Shown here piece after piece: positions 37,002 through 46,268 of a DNA stretch of 64,000 bases. A program made the translations under genes and the position numbers. The stretch covers positions 156,199-220,198 of the forward strand of contig CAZRBB010000001.1 of NCBI GenBank assembly GCA_964598205.1, in the 5' to 3' direction. Position 1 is the first letter of the stretch, and each line of letters opens with the position of its first letter. The stretch is from an uncultured Candidatus Saccharibacteria bacterium. Its GTDB lineage: Bacteria; Patescibacteriota; Minisyncoccia; CAIUEV01; JAHKAQ01. Below the pieces are notes generated by a model. The model did no database searches. It saw only the letters and a program-made list of their open reading frames with translations, and was not told where the DNA came from.

Positions 37002-37706
37002 ATGAAAATCCTAGTTATTGAAGATCAAAAAGAAAGTGCCAATTATTTAGTTAAAGGGCTAACAGACAACGGCATGGTAGTGGACTGGGAAGAAGACGGG
37101 GAGAAAGGCTTTTGGCGAGCCTGTTATACGCGTTACGATGTTATACTTTGCGATTTTCATCTTCCCAATAAAAATGGTCAAAAGATTTTGGAAGATTTAA
37201 GGGAAAAAAAGAACGAAACCCCCTTTATCATGGTAACGGTGGAGCGGGAAGTGGAAGAAAAAATAAAATCACTAGACATTGGGGCCGACGATTACATCAC
37301 CAAGCCTTTTCCCATTGGAGAGCTCTTGGCAAGGATCAGGGCAGTGTTGCGGCGGAAAATGGGAAAAAGTCCAGAAAAAAAGCTAATCTTAAAAGATATT
37401 TCTTTAGATTTAGAGAATTACAAAGCGGAATATAAAAACAAAAAACTTTCCCTAAGAAGAAAAGAATTCGATCTCCTTTATTGTTTTATGCTTAATCCTG
37501 GCCGGGTTCTTCCCCGAACTCTTTTATTAGAAAAGGTTTGGGATATGAATGCCGATCCCTTTACTAACACGGTAGATGTCCATGTTCAGAGCCTAAGAAG
37601 GAAATTGAAAGACAAAAAAGGGAAAGTTATTAGGACTATTTATGGAAGAGGCTATGAATTTTTATTAAAAAAAGATGACCGAAAGAGTTTTTTCCCAGAG
37701 AATTAA
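37002..37706 (+). CDS. OmpR/PhoB-family response regulator
   Basis: VIED, CD phosphoacceptor, GADDYITKPF, winged-helix TIYGRGY. Confidence 0.95.
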   Translation: MKILVIEDQKESANYLVKGLTDNGMVVDWEEDGEKGFWRACYTRYDVILCDFHLPNKNGQKILEDLREKKNETPFIMVTVEREVEEKIKSLDIGADDYITKPFPIGELLARIRAVLRRKMGKSPEKKLILKDISLDLENYKAEYKNKKLSLRRKEFDLLYCFMLNPGRVLPRTLLLEKVWDMNADPFTNTVDVHVQSLRRKLKDKKGKVIRTIYGRGYEFLLKKDDRKSFFPEN

Positions 37707-38886
37707 TTTTCTTAAAATTGGCCTTCCTGGTTTCTTAAATTCAAAATGGAATTACTTTTTTGGTTTACAAACGCCAGCCTTAAAAGAGGTGCAATTTAAA
37801 AACAAGCTCTTAGACATCTTTTCGGGAGAGTATCAGCCTTCTCTTGGTTTATCTTCTTTTTTTAATTTGCTCCTTTCTTTCTTAAAAGTAGAAGAATTAT
37901 TTTTTTCTTTAGAGATTCCCAAAAAAGACACGGTTTTGTCTTTTAAAAAAACTAAGCATGGTCAATTAAAAACCGCGGTTCTAAAAAACAGTTCAAAAAA
38001 ACCAACCATTCCTTTTCTTTTCTTTATTTTTCCAAATTCCCAATCTAGGATTGCTTTTTACGCTACAGGGAGAAAGGTTATTGAAAAAAGTAATTTAAGA
38101 TTTATTCAAAAATCACTTACTCCCTTTTCTTTAAAGCTAGAAAACTATCTTTTATGGTTCTATTTAGAACAGGAGATTGTTTTTCAAAAAAAGAAACTTC
38201 CCCAAGATTCACTTTCTAAAAACTCTGCCACCACCTTTCTCCGTTTTAGTCATGAATTAAAAACACCACTCGCCATTGCCAAAAACTTGGTTTGGCAAGA
38301 ATTAGCCAACAGTACCGATTGTTTCTGTGAAAAGATTTCTCTTTCCTTAGAAAAGATAGCTCAATTGGCAGAAGATTTCTCGTTCTTTCTAAAACTCAAT
38401 CATGAACCAGTATTAATCAGTGATTCTTTTAGGCTCAATCTTTCAGAATCTTTAGACGAAATTTTTTGCGACTTGGAACTTTTGGCGGAAGGAAAAAAAA
38501 TAATTTTTAAAAACTATTGTTCCAAAAATATTTTTGTAATGAGTGCTAAAAAGGGAATAGAAAAAGCCTTACGCAATCTAATTTTCAACGCCTTTATTTA
38601 TAATCACTCCGGTGGAGTGGTAGAGGTTTGTTCTTCTTTGAATAAGGGAACTGTGCGCTTGGTTATTTTAGACACAGGAAAAGGCATTGCCCAAAAAGAT
38701 CTAAGCTTTATTTTTGATTTATTTTACCGTTCGCCATTAGCCAAAGAGATTTATCCAGAAGGTAGCGGCTTGGGACTCCCAATAGCTAAAAAAATAATAG
38801 AAAAACACAACGGTACTCTGGCCGCCGAAAGCGAAGAAGGTAATGGTTCAATTTTTGTAATTACTTTACCGGCCTCTTCTAATTAA
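37675..38886 (+). CDS. Sensor histidine kinase (HisKA/HATPase_c), no clear TM sensor
   Basis: SHELKTPL, NLIFNA, DTGKGI, FYR, GSGLGL. Confidence 0.88.
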   Translation: MTERVFSQRINFLKIGLPGFLNSKWNYFFGLQTPALKEVQFKNKLLDIFSGEYQPSLGLSSFFNLLLSFLKVEELFFSLEIPKKDTVLSFKKTKHGQLKTAVLKNSSKKPTIPFLFFIFPNSQSRIAFYATGRKVIEKSNLRFIQKSLTPFSLKLENYLLWFYLEQEIVFQKKKLPQDSLSKNSATTFLRFSHELKTPLAIAKNLVWQELANSTDCFCEKISLSLEKIAQLAEDFSFFLKLNHEPVLISDSFRLNLSESLDEIFCDLELLAEGKKIIFKNYCSKNIFVMSAKKGIEKALRNLIFNAFIYNHSGGVVEVCSSLNKGTVRLVILDTGKGIAQKDLSFIFDLFYRSPLAKEIYPEGSGLGLPIAKKIIEKHNGTLAAESEEGNGSIFVITLPASSN

Positions 38887-38951
38887 AAAAAATCAAACAA
38901 TATTATCAAAACTTTCGTGTTTCACCTTGAACTATGCCAGGCGTGCTAGTC

Positions 38952-41273
38952 TTAATTAACTTCAATTATCTTTTCCAAAAAAGCTAAAGGAAGAATTGCT
39001 GGTTTTTCGGCGGCAGCTTGATGATAAATTACAGTAGAAGGAGTAAGTGCTGGAAGAGTATTGGCTTCTATTAAAATTACTTCTTTTGTTTGGAGATTAA
39101 AAAAAAGATCCAAGCGAGCATAACCAGAAATACCCAAGGCCGAAGCCGCTTTTTGGGTAAGGTCTTGAACAATTTTTAAATCACGAGAAGAAAACCATTC
39201 CTCTGGTGGTGGGGTAAAATTAATACCAGTTCCACCTTGAAATTTTTCTTCTAAAGAAAGAATTTTACCAGAGGCGATTGTTTGGCTAGGAGTTAAAGAT
39301 TTTAATTGATTACCTTGGCCCAAAACTCCTACCGAAAGCTCAATCCAGCCATGAATCTTTTTTCGGTGAAGTTTCTTTCCTAAAATAGCAACCGAATCGG
39401 TTAGAATAAATTTTTCGGCTATTGCTTCAGAGCAAAAACTTTTAGGCAACTCTACGGCTGCGGGATGATCCTTGAGTAGCCCACCAGGGATACAGATTTT
39501 ATTGCTAAGAAGATGATCAAGATAAATTTTTAATTCAGCAGCACTGTTGATTTTAGCAACACCAGCAGAACAGCCATCAGACCGTGGTTTTAAGACTAAT
39601 TCTTTTGCATTAAGTTGGCTGGTAATTTTTTTCCAAAGGGCCTGGGAATCATTTTTTCCACCGAGCTTTATTAAGAACTTGGGGAGACTTTTAAGTTTTG
39701 GGTGGTTTAATTCAGTAATAACTCGCCCGGTTTCCCATTTATCCATTCCTAGTTGAGAAGCCTTAGCACCAGATCCATTAAAGGGAACTTTTAATTGAGC
39801 AAGCTCCGACTGAAAAGTACCATCTTCTCCAGTGCCACCATGGAGCGCTAAAAAAATAAAATCAAATTCTTTTGCCAGTTTTTCTAAAGTAGTTTTTTGA
39901 GGTAGAAAAAGTGATTCGCTTTTAAAATCAGCAGGGATGCCAAGTTCCCAAAGAGTCTTTACTCCCATTTCTTGGAATTTCTTTATTTTTTTGCTGTTAG
40001 TTTTGCAAATCAAATAATCGATTTCTTCTACTGTATGGTGTAGAGCAAAAAAATAAGGGATTCGCCAAAACTCTCCTTTTGGTGAAAGAAAAATAGGCTC
40101 CGGCTTAAACTTGGAAGAAGATTTTAATTTAATAAAAACATTAGTTCCCGAAAGAAGCGAGATTTGCCGCTCTGCTGTTTCTCCTCCAAAAATTACCGCT
40201 ACTTTCTTTTTCTTTATAGGCTCTCCCTTCTTTGAACTACCATTTTTAATGGTTCGCTCCGCCGCTCTTTGGGCTAAATAGTTCAAAAGCTCAGCGTGAT
40301 TTAATCCCAAAAAAGCGGCTTGTCTAAAAATAAAACTATTTTGCTCCATGCCGGTAATCGGATTTATGTCGCTAAACCAAATTTTATTATCTTCCAAAAG
40401 CCAGCCATCAAACCGTGCGTAATCTCGTAAGTTAAACAGTGAGAAAATTTTTTTAGCTTCTTCTTGGATTTTTTGAATAACCGAATCGGAAAATCGGGGA
40501 GGAGTAAAAAAATGAATATGATCGCTGGCTAAATATTTTTTTCTAAAACTAAAGAAAGAATCACTTCCCTTTTTAAAACCGATTTCGGTGGGGATAAGCG
40601 GGATTGGTTCTCCGTTTTTATTTTCTAAAATAAGGATTGTAAATTCTTTTCCTGGGCAAAATTTTTCCAAGACGGCTTCGTCCCCATAATTAAAAACATT
40701 CACTAACTTTGACTTTAATTCAGAAGGAGAATCTAAAAACTCTACTCCCAAAGAAGAGCCGGACCGATTGGGTTTTAAAACATAACGACCCTTTTTAATT
40801 TTTGGTAGGACTCCTCCTTTTTTTATTAATTCCGTGCCCCAAGTATAAAAACCGTTTGCTTTTAATTTTTTTTGGGCTAGGTGTTTATCAATAGTTTCCT
40901 GGGCCCCTTTTTCTTTTACACCAACAAAATTTACCTTGGCATTAGTCAGTATCTTTTGGATTTCTCCATCTTCACCAAACTCGCCGTGCATAATTGGCCA
41001 AACCAAGTCTTGAGATCCTAAATATTTTTTAAACTGGGAAGTGGTTAATTTTTGGCCAATCTTTTTGATTTTGAATTCAAAATCAAAAACGGTATTGGAA
41101 TAAAGCTGGAAAGAGGGGATAAGGTAAGGAGTCTTTTGGGAATCAAAATAAACAATAGAAATTAAAAAGTGTTCTTTGTCTAAATTATCTAAAACCGAAC
41201 GAGTAGAATTTAGAGAAATGCTTTTTTCTGGTGATGGCCCTCCACAAAGTAGGGCAGTTTTTATTTTAGGCAT
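38952..41273 (-). CDS. ddl: Tandem (two-domain) D-alanine--D-alanine ligase
   Basis: Two repeats of GG..E..IS..S / HG..GEDG / KP...GS(C)S.GV / R.D / N..P(G). Confidence 0.88.
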   Translation of the reverse strand: MPKIKTALLCGGPSPEKSISLNSTRSVLDNLDKEHFLISIVYFDSQKTPYLIPSFQLYSNTVFDFEFKIKKIGQKLTTSQFKKYLGSQDLVWPIMHGEFGEDGEIQKILTNAKVNFVGVKEKGAQETIDKHLAQKKLKANGFYTWGTELIKKGGVLPKIKKGRYVLKPNRSGSSLGVEFLDSPSELKSKLVNVFNYGDEAVLEKFCPGKEFTILILENKNGEPIPLIPTEIGFKKGSDSFFSFRKKYLASDHIHFFTPPRFSDSVIQKIQEEAKKIFSLFNLRDYARFDGWLLEDNKIWFSDINPITGMEQNSFIFRQAAFLGLNHAELLNYLAQRAAERTIKNGSSKKGEPIKKKKVAVIFGGETAERQISLLSGTNVFIKLKSSSKFKPEPIFLSPKGEFWRIPYFFALHHTVEEIDYLICKTNSKKIKKFQEMGVKTLWELGIPADFKSESLFLPQKTTLEKLAKEFDFIFLALHGGTGEDGTFQSELAQLKVPFNGSGAKASQLGMDKWETGRVITELNHPKLKSLPKFLIKLGGKNDSQALWKKITSQLNAKELVLKPRSDGCSAGVAKINSAAELKIYLDHLLSNKICIPGGLLKDHPAAVELPKSFCSEAIAEKFILTDSVAILGKKLHRKKIHGWIELSVGVLGQGNQLKSLTPSQTIASGKILSLEEKFQGGTGINFTPPPEEWFSSRDLKIVQDLTQKAASALGISGYARLDLFFNLQTKEVILIEANTLPALTPSTVIYHQAAAEKPAILPLAFLEKIIEVN

Positions 41274-41479
41274 CTTTTATCTTGTTGATTCTTAGAATTT
41301 TTAGAATAGTATTTTAGATTAAACAAAACAAGCTCCCCTAAGCAATTAATGGGGATTTTATTCTTTTTTCTTTTGCTTTTTTAATCACTTTTTGCTACAA
41401 TTTTCCGAGACAAGGAAAATATTAAACAACTTTCTGTGTATATATAATAGAAGACATTTTTAGAAGATATTTGGTCTGT

Positions 41480-41818
41480 ATGCAAAAAAATCTTAGTAAA
41501 ATCTTAATATTTATTATCAACGGTCTTTTAATGGCGATTACTTTTTTGGTAATTAAAGACCAGGATCGGAAAAATTTAGCAATTAAAACGGACACTAACT
41601 CAACCATTAATTCAATTAATTCCAATATCTTAGATTCGCAAAACGCTATTTCTACTAATCGAGAAAATAAATTGCGCGAACTAAACAACACTCCTCAAGA
41701 ACAAAAAAATCAACAAACCATAACAACAAAGACAATAACTGACACAGCCCCAACAATTACTGTCACCCCTGCTCCTCCCAAAATAAAAAAAGCCAGCCGA
41801 ACAACAAAAAGCTCTTAA
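41480..41818 (+). CDS. Membrane-anchored Thr-rich protein ending RTTKSS; candidate ApbE substrate
   Basis: N-terminal hydrophobic helix, low-complexity Thr/Pro linker; first gene of the apbE operon. Confidence 0.6.
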   Translation: MQKNLSKILIFIINGLLMAITFLVIKDQDRKNLAIKTDTNSTINSINSNILDSQNAISTNRENKLRELNNTPQEQKNQQTITTKTITDTAPTITVTPAPPKIKKASRTTKSS

Positions 41819-41822
41819 AAAT

Positions 41823-42140
41823 ATGCAAAAAATAACTGGAATTAAATTTTATCTACTAGCTCTACTACTTTTGGTTTTTTGTTTAACCTCTTTGGGTTTT
41901 GCTCTAGCCAAAGATGAAGACTCCCCAACAAATAATTCAACCAGCAGTTCGGATGTTATTATTGGACCAGAAGGGAACGAAATAAAAACAACAACCGACA
42001 TAAGCACAGAAACAGTTATTCAAAAGGACAGCGACGGCGATGGACTCCTAGACGAACAAGATCCTCACCCCAATATTCCGGAAATATATATTGTGACCGA
42101 TGATAACAGAAATGGCATTGTTGATCAGTTCGAGAAATAA
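41823..42140 (+). CDS. Small secreted protein with DxDxDG Ca-binding (thrombospondin type-3-like) motifs
   Basis: Signal peptide ending ALA; DSDGDGLLD and DDNRNGIVD. Confidence 0.7.
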   Translation: MQKITGIKFYLLALLLLVFCLTSLGFALAKDEDSPTNNSTSSSDVIIGPEGNEIKTTTDISTETVIQKDSDGDGLLDEQDPHPNIPEIYIVTDDNRNGIVDQFEK

Positions 42141-42143
42141 AAA

Positions 42144-43073
42144 ATGAAGAAATCAGACATAGTAGAAAAAGAATTTAAGGCGCTAGGAACAGACATCTAT
42201 TTACAACTAGTTTGCAGTAGTAACTCAAAAAAAAGAGCAAGCAAAGATTTGAGTGTCGTAGCCGATTTCTATTTGGCTACAGAAAATATTTTTAGTCGCT
42301 TTAAAAAAGACAGTGAGCTTAATTTTTTTAATCAAAATTTAGGAAATTTTTTTAAAGCTTCGCCACATTTTCTGTTAGTAGCGAAAGAAATTCTACGCTA
42401 CCATGCATTAAGCAAGGGGATGTTTGATCCGCGGGTAATTGAAGTCTTAGAATGGGTTGGCTACAAGGAAGATTTTAAAAAAAACCAGCCATTGCCTGCA
42501 GCTGGGAAATCTTTTCCAAAAATAAATATTAAAAATCTCAAAAAAGATTTGGTAATTCGGGGCAAGGAAGTCTTGTTCAATCATCGGATGGATTTTGCGG
42601 GGATCACTAAGGGGCACATTACAGATACAGCGGGGGAAATGTTAAAATCTTTTGGTTGGGAAAATTTCTTAATAGATTCTGGTGGTGACATGTGCGCTTT
42701 TGGGAAGGATCAAAAACAGGAAAGTTGGAAAGTTGATATAGAAGGAATTACAGAAGAAAAAATATTACTTACGCTAAACAACGAAGCGATCGCTACTTCG
42801 GGGATTGGTAGGCGAAAATGGGAAAGCAAGGGAAAAAAATTTCATCATTTAATTAATCCTAAGAACCCAGAAAAATTTTCTTTTGATTTAAAATCGGTTA
42901 CGGTTATTTCTCCGACAGCCATTGAAGCGGATTTTTGGGCAAAAGTTTTGTTTTTATTAGGCAAAGAGGATGGAAGAGAGTTTTCTCTGAACAACAAAAT
43001 TAAAAGCATCTTTTTAGATTATCGTGGCGATGCCTTTCTTTCCCTAGAAATGAAAAAAAATCACAACCAATGA
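42144..43073 (+). CDS. apbE: FAD:protein FMN transferase (flavin transferase)
   Basis: ALGT, FSRF..DSEL, FDP, DFAGITKG, DSGGD, IATSG, HHLINP, AD..AK; no signal peptide. Confidence 0.92.
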   Translation: MKKSDIVEKEFKALGTDIYLQLVCSSNSKKRASKDLSVVADFYLATENIFSRFKKDSELNFFNQNLGNFFKASPHFLLVAKEILRYHALSKGMFDPRVIEVLEWVGYKEDFKKNQPLPAAGKSFPKINIKNLKKDLVIRGKEVLFNHRMDFAGITKGHITDTAGEMLKSFGWENFLIDSGGDMCAFGKDQKQESWKVDIEGITEEKILLTLNNEAIATSGIGRRKWESKGKKFHHLINPKNPEKFSFDLKSVTVISPTAIEADFWAKVLFLLGKEDGREFSLNNKIKSIFLDYRGDAFLSLEMKKNHNQ

Positions 43074-43912
43074 AAAAGTTATTATTCATTATCGCAATAA
43101 TTATTACAGGAGCAAGCTTTAGCGTGGCATTGGCAGAAGAACAAAAAGTGGATTATAAAAATAATCCAGTCCTAGATAGTGATTTAGACGGACTAACAGA
43201 CGAAGGAGAAAAACAGATTTACAATACCGATCCTAATATTGCCGACACAGACGGGGACGGTATTTTTGACGGGGCAGAAGTGCTTACCAACACCAATCCA
43301 AAAGACAATACTAGCCCAAGCGCTATCCAAGAAACCACTATTTATAAATATCCAGAAGAAGAAAGAATTCTCTGGTCTTGGTATTTATCTAGGTCGGGGG
43401 GCTTGATTTCTTTTCTTCTCCTTTATTTATCTATTTTTTTCGGCGTAGCCATCCGTTTGCCGTTTTTAAAAAAGATTACCAAACCAATCTACTCCTTTAG
43501 TATTCATCGCTGGCTTTCGGTCCAGGCGCTTATTTTTGCTCTTATCCATTCCCTTGTTTTACTGACGGATAAATATCTTAAATTTAGTTTTAAAGATATT
43601 TTTGTACCTTTTGCTTCCACTTACAAGCCAGAAATGATTACGCTCGGTGTTTTAGGGATGTATTCCATGATCGCTCTTCTTCTTACTTCTTATTTTCGTA
43701 AGTTTATTTCTTATCGTATTTGGCGGCTTGCCCACTTTTTAAACATTGTTCTCTATGCAGTTGCTTTTACTCATGCTTTCTATTTAGGAACAGATTTAAA
43801 GGCTGGTTTAATGCGGGAAATTTTTATTGGGTTAAATATTTTATTAGCTGGATTATTTTTATTAAATCTCTTGTTGAAAATAAAAAAGCCGCCCCAAGAG
43901 GGGCGGCTTTAG
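43070..43912 (+). CDS. Ferric-reductase-like (MsrQ-like) heme-b membrane protein with N-terminal extracellular DxDxDG repeats
   Basis: Signal peptide; DSDLDGLTD, DTDGDG; WYLSRSGG; four TM histidines (IHRW, IHSL, AHFL, THAF); LLTS..R...WR..H motif. Confidence 0.85.
   Translation: MKKLLFIIAIIITGASFSVALAEEQKVDYKNNPVLDSDLDGLTDEGEKQIYNTDPNIADTDGDGIFDGAEVLTNTNPKDNTSPSAIQETTIYKYPEEERILWSWYLSRSGGLISFLLLYLSIFFGVAIRLPFLKKITKPIYSFSIHRWLSVQALIFALIHSLVLLTDKYLKFSFKDIFVPFASTYKPEMITLGVLGMYSMIALLLTSYFRKFISYRIWRLAHFLNIVLYAVAFTHAFYLGTDLKAGLMREIFIGLNILLAGLFLLNLLLKIKKPPQEGRL
43885..43910. terminator. Bidirectional terminator between convergent genes
   Basis: aaagccgcccc-aaga-ggggcggcttt. Confidence 0.75.
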
Positions 43913-43927
43913 AATTCTTTCTGAAAA

Positions 43928-44260
43928 TTAGATTTTAAGATCATCTACAACATCGGCAATGTCTTTTCTTTCCTTCTCTCTTTCTTCTCTGTGGCCACGG
44001 CGAGATCCTTCTGGCTCGTTTATTTTAAGATTGACTCGAGCATTGTTTCTGGCGCCAACAACTCGTAAAAGAGTGCGTAGTGATTTGGCAGTGGCTCCTT
44101 CTCGGCCAATAACCATTCCCATGTCTTCTGAATGGACATTGAGGGTGATTAATACGCCCATTTCATCTACTGTTCGTTCGGTCTTAACATCTTCTGGATG
44201 ATCAACCAAAGCGCGGACAACATACTCCACAAACGTTTGATCTTGGATTTCTTCTGTCAT
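43928..44260 (-). CDS. khpA: KH-domain RNA-binding protein
   Basis: LVDHPEDV, DMGMVIGREG.TA..LRTLL. Confidence 0.92.
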   Translation of the reverse strand: MTEEIQDQTFVEYVVRALVDHPEDVKTERTVDEMGVLITLNVHSEDMGMVIGREGATAKSLRTLLRVVGARNNARVNLKINEPEGSRRGHREEREKERKDIADVVDDLKI

Positions 44261-44345
44261 GTTTTAGCCTTACTTGATTAGCATGGCTCTTTCGGAGCCC
44301 AAACAAGGAAACCAGATGAATAAACAGCCAGCATCCTTACGCTTG

Positions 44346-44374
44346 ATTGTAAATAAGATTCGCTTTATAGTCAA
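44346..44374 (-). promoter_or_regulatory. Sigma70 promoter of khpA
   Basis: Minus strand TTGACT-17 nt-TACAAT. Confidence 0.65.
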
Positions 44375-44521
44375 TAAGCCATTAGTTGAAAATTATGGTA
44401 ATAACTGATGGTTTTTGCCAATTTAAGCGGTAATCAGCGGTGTGGTTTTAGTAAGAAATACGCCAATCATCTGAATCTTAAAAAAATAGGGCAAAAGATC
44501 TTAATTAATCGCACAAGAATC

Positions 44522-45193
44522 ATGAATTTTGACATTTTAACTATTTTTCCTGCCATTCTGGACTCTTATTTTAAAGAGGGAGTAGTTGGTCGGGCAGTGA
44601 AGAATAAAAAAATCAATATTCAAACTCACAATTTGCGAGATTGGACCAAAGACAAACACCGAACGGTAGACGATACTCCTTATGGTGGTGGCGCCGGCAT
44701 GGTCTTAAAGATAGAGCCGATCGCCTTAGCGCTTAAAGATTTAAAAAAGAAAGATTCTAAACGAACACGGACTATTCTTTTTTCGGCTAAGGGCACTTTA
44801 TTTAACCAAAAAAAAGCACAGGATCTTTCTAGTTATGAGCGATTAATTTTTGTTTGCGGTCGCTATGAAGGGGTAGATGAAAGAGTTGTTAAGCACTTAG
44901 TCGATGAAGAAATTTCCATTGGAGAGTTTGTTCTTTCTGGTGGAGAACTTGCCGCCGCCGTTCTGATTGATTCAGTTTCGCGGCTCCTACCTGGAGTCTT
45001 GGGGAATGAGGAATCTTTAATTGAAGAGTCGTTTCAAAAAAAAGGAATGGCTGAATATCCACAGTACACTAAGCCAGAAGATTATAAAGGCTGGAAGGTG
45101 CCTCCAGTGCTTCTTTCTGGCAATCATTCATTAATACGGGTTTGGCGAGAAAAACAAAACAAGAAAAATAATGGAAAAAAAACCAGCCGATAA
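44522..45193 (+). CDS. trmD: tRNA (guanine37-N1)-methyltransferase
   Basis: DDTPYGGGAGM, CGRYEGVDER, SIGEFVLSGGE; start taken at ATG 44522. Confidence 0.97.
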   Translation: MNFDILTIFPAILDSYFKEGVVGRAVKNKKINIQTHNLRDWTKDKHRTVDDTPYGGGAGMVLKIEPIALALKDLKKKDSKRTRTILFSAKGTLFNQKKAQDLSSYERLIFVCGRYEGVDERVVKHLVDEEISIGEFVLSGGELAAAVLIDSVSRLLPGVLGNEESLIEESFQKKGMAEYPQYTKPEDYKGWKVPPVLLSGNHSLIRVWREKQNKKNNGKKTSR

Positions 45194-46268
45194 AATTCTC
45201 TTAATCGCTATCTTCTCTTTGGTGATTTTTGGATTGATTATGATTTTCTCCGCAAGCGTAGTGCTTTCTTTGGACAATTTTGGTGTTCCTTATTACTATT
45301 TTTATCATCAACTTTTTTACGGAATTATTCCTGGATTAATACTGTGGGGGATTATTCAGCATATTGATTATCGGCGTTGGGAAAAATTTGCACCAATTAT
45401 TTTTTTAATTGCCCTCTTACTTTTATTCGCTGTATTAATCCCCGGTATTGGTCAAACCCAAAAGGGTGCGGCTCGCTGGATTTATATTGGCTCTTTCAAT
45501 TTTCAGCCGGCAGAAATAGCAAAATTGGCCCTAGCACTTTATCTTGCTGCTTGGCTAGCTTCTAAGGGCGAAAAAATAAAAAGTTTTTCGGAAGGATTTG
45601 TCCCTTTTGTGGCTATTGTGGGTATGTTGGCTTTCTTGATTATTAATCAACCAGACATTGGTACATTAGGAGTGATTTCTTTAATGGCGCTAACCATCTT
45701 TTTCTTGGCTCGTTGTCGTTTAAGTCACTTTTTTCTTTTGATTGTTTCTGGCATTTCTTTTTTGTTTATTATGATAAAGATTGCCCCTTATCGTTTAGCA
45801 CGCCTAACTGTCTTTCTTAATCCTGGTGCCGATCCGCAGGGGATTGGCTACCAGATCAATCAGGCGCTTTTGGCAATTGGCTCAGGAGGATTATGGGGAG
45901 CGGGGTTAGGACACAGCAAGCAAAAATTTCTTTACTTACCGGAACCTATTGGAGACTCAATTTATGCTATAATAGCCGAAGAACTTGGTCTTTTGGGGAG
46001 TGTTTTTCTTTTAGCTCTTTTTTTAACAGTGGGAATAAGAGGAATGCTTATTGCCAAAAGAACCCCGGATCTTTTTGGAAAACTTTTGGCTGGGGGAATT
46101 ACTGCTTGGATTGTTTTTCAGGCGTTAATCAATATGGCGGCAATCACTTCCTTAATTCCTTTAACGGGAGTTCCGTTACCATTTATTTCTTACGGCAGTA
46201 CGGCTCTAGTAGTGGTTCTTTCGGCTTCGGGGATCCTTTTAAATATCTCTAAAAAAACAGATCCATGA
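45171..46268 (+). CDS. ftsW: SEDS peptidoglycan glycosyltransferase
   Basis: GAARWI, QPAEIAK, QPD.G, LPEP..D, P.TG.PLPFISYG; upstream of murG. Confidence 0.93.
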   Translation: MEKKPADKILLIAIFSLVIFGLIMIFSASVVLSLDNFGVPYYYFYHQLFYGIIPGLILWGIIQHIDYRRWEKFAPIIFLIALLLLFAVLIPGIGQTQKGAARWIYIGSFNFQPAEIAKLALALYLAAWLASKGEKIKSFSEGFVPFVAIVGMLAFLIINQPDIGTLGVISLMALTIFFLARCRLSHFFLLIVSGISFLFIMIKIAPYRLARLTVFLNPGADPQGIGYQINQALLAIGSGGLWGAGLGHSKQKFLYLPEPIGDSIYAIIAEELGLLGSVFLLALFLTVGIRGMLIAKRTPDLFGKLLAGGITAWIVFQALINMAAITSLIPLTGVPLPFISYGSTALVVVLSASGILLNISKKTDP

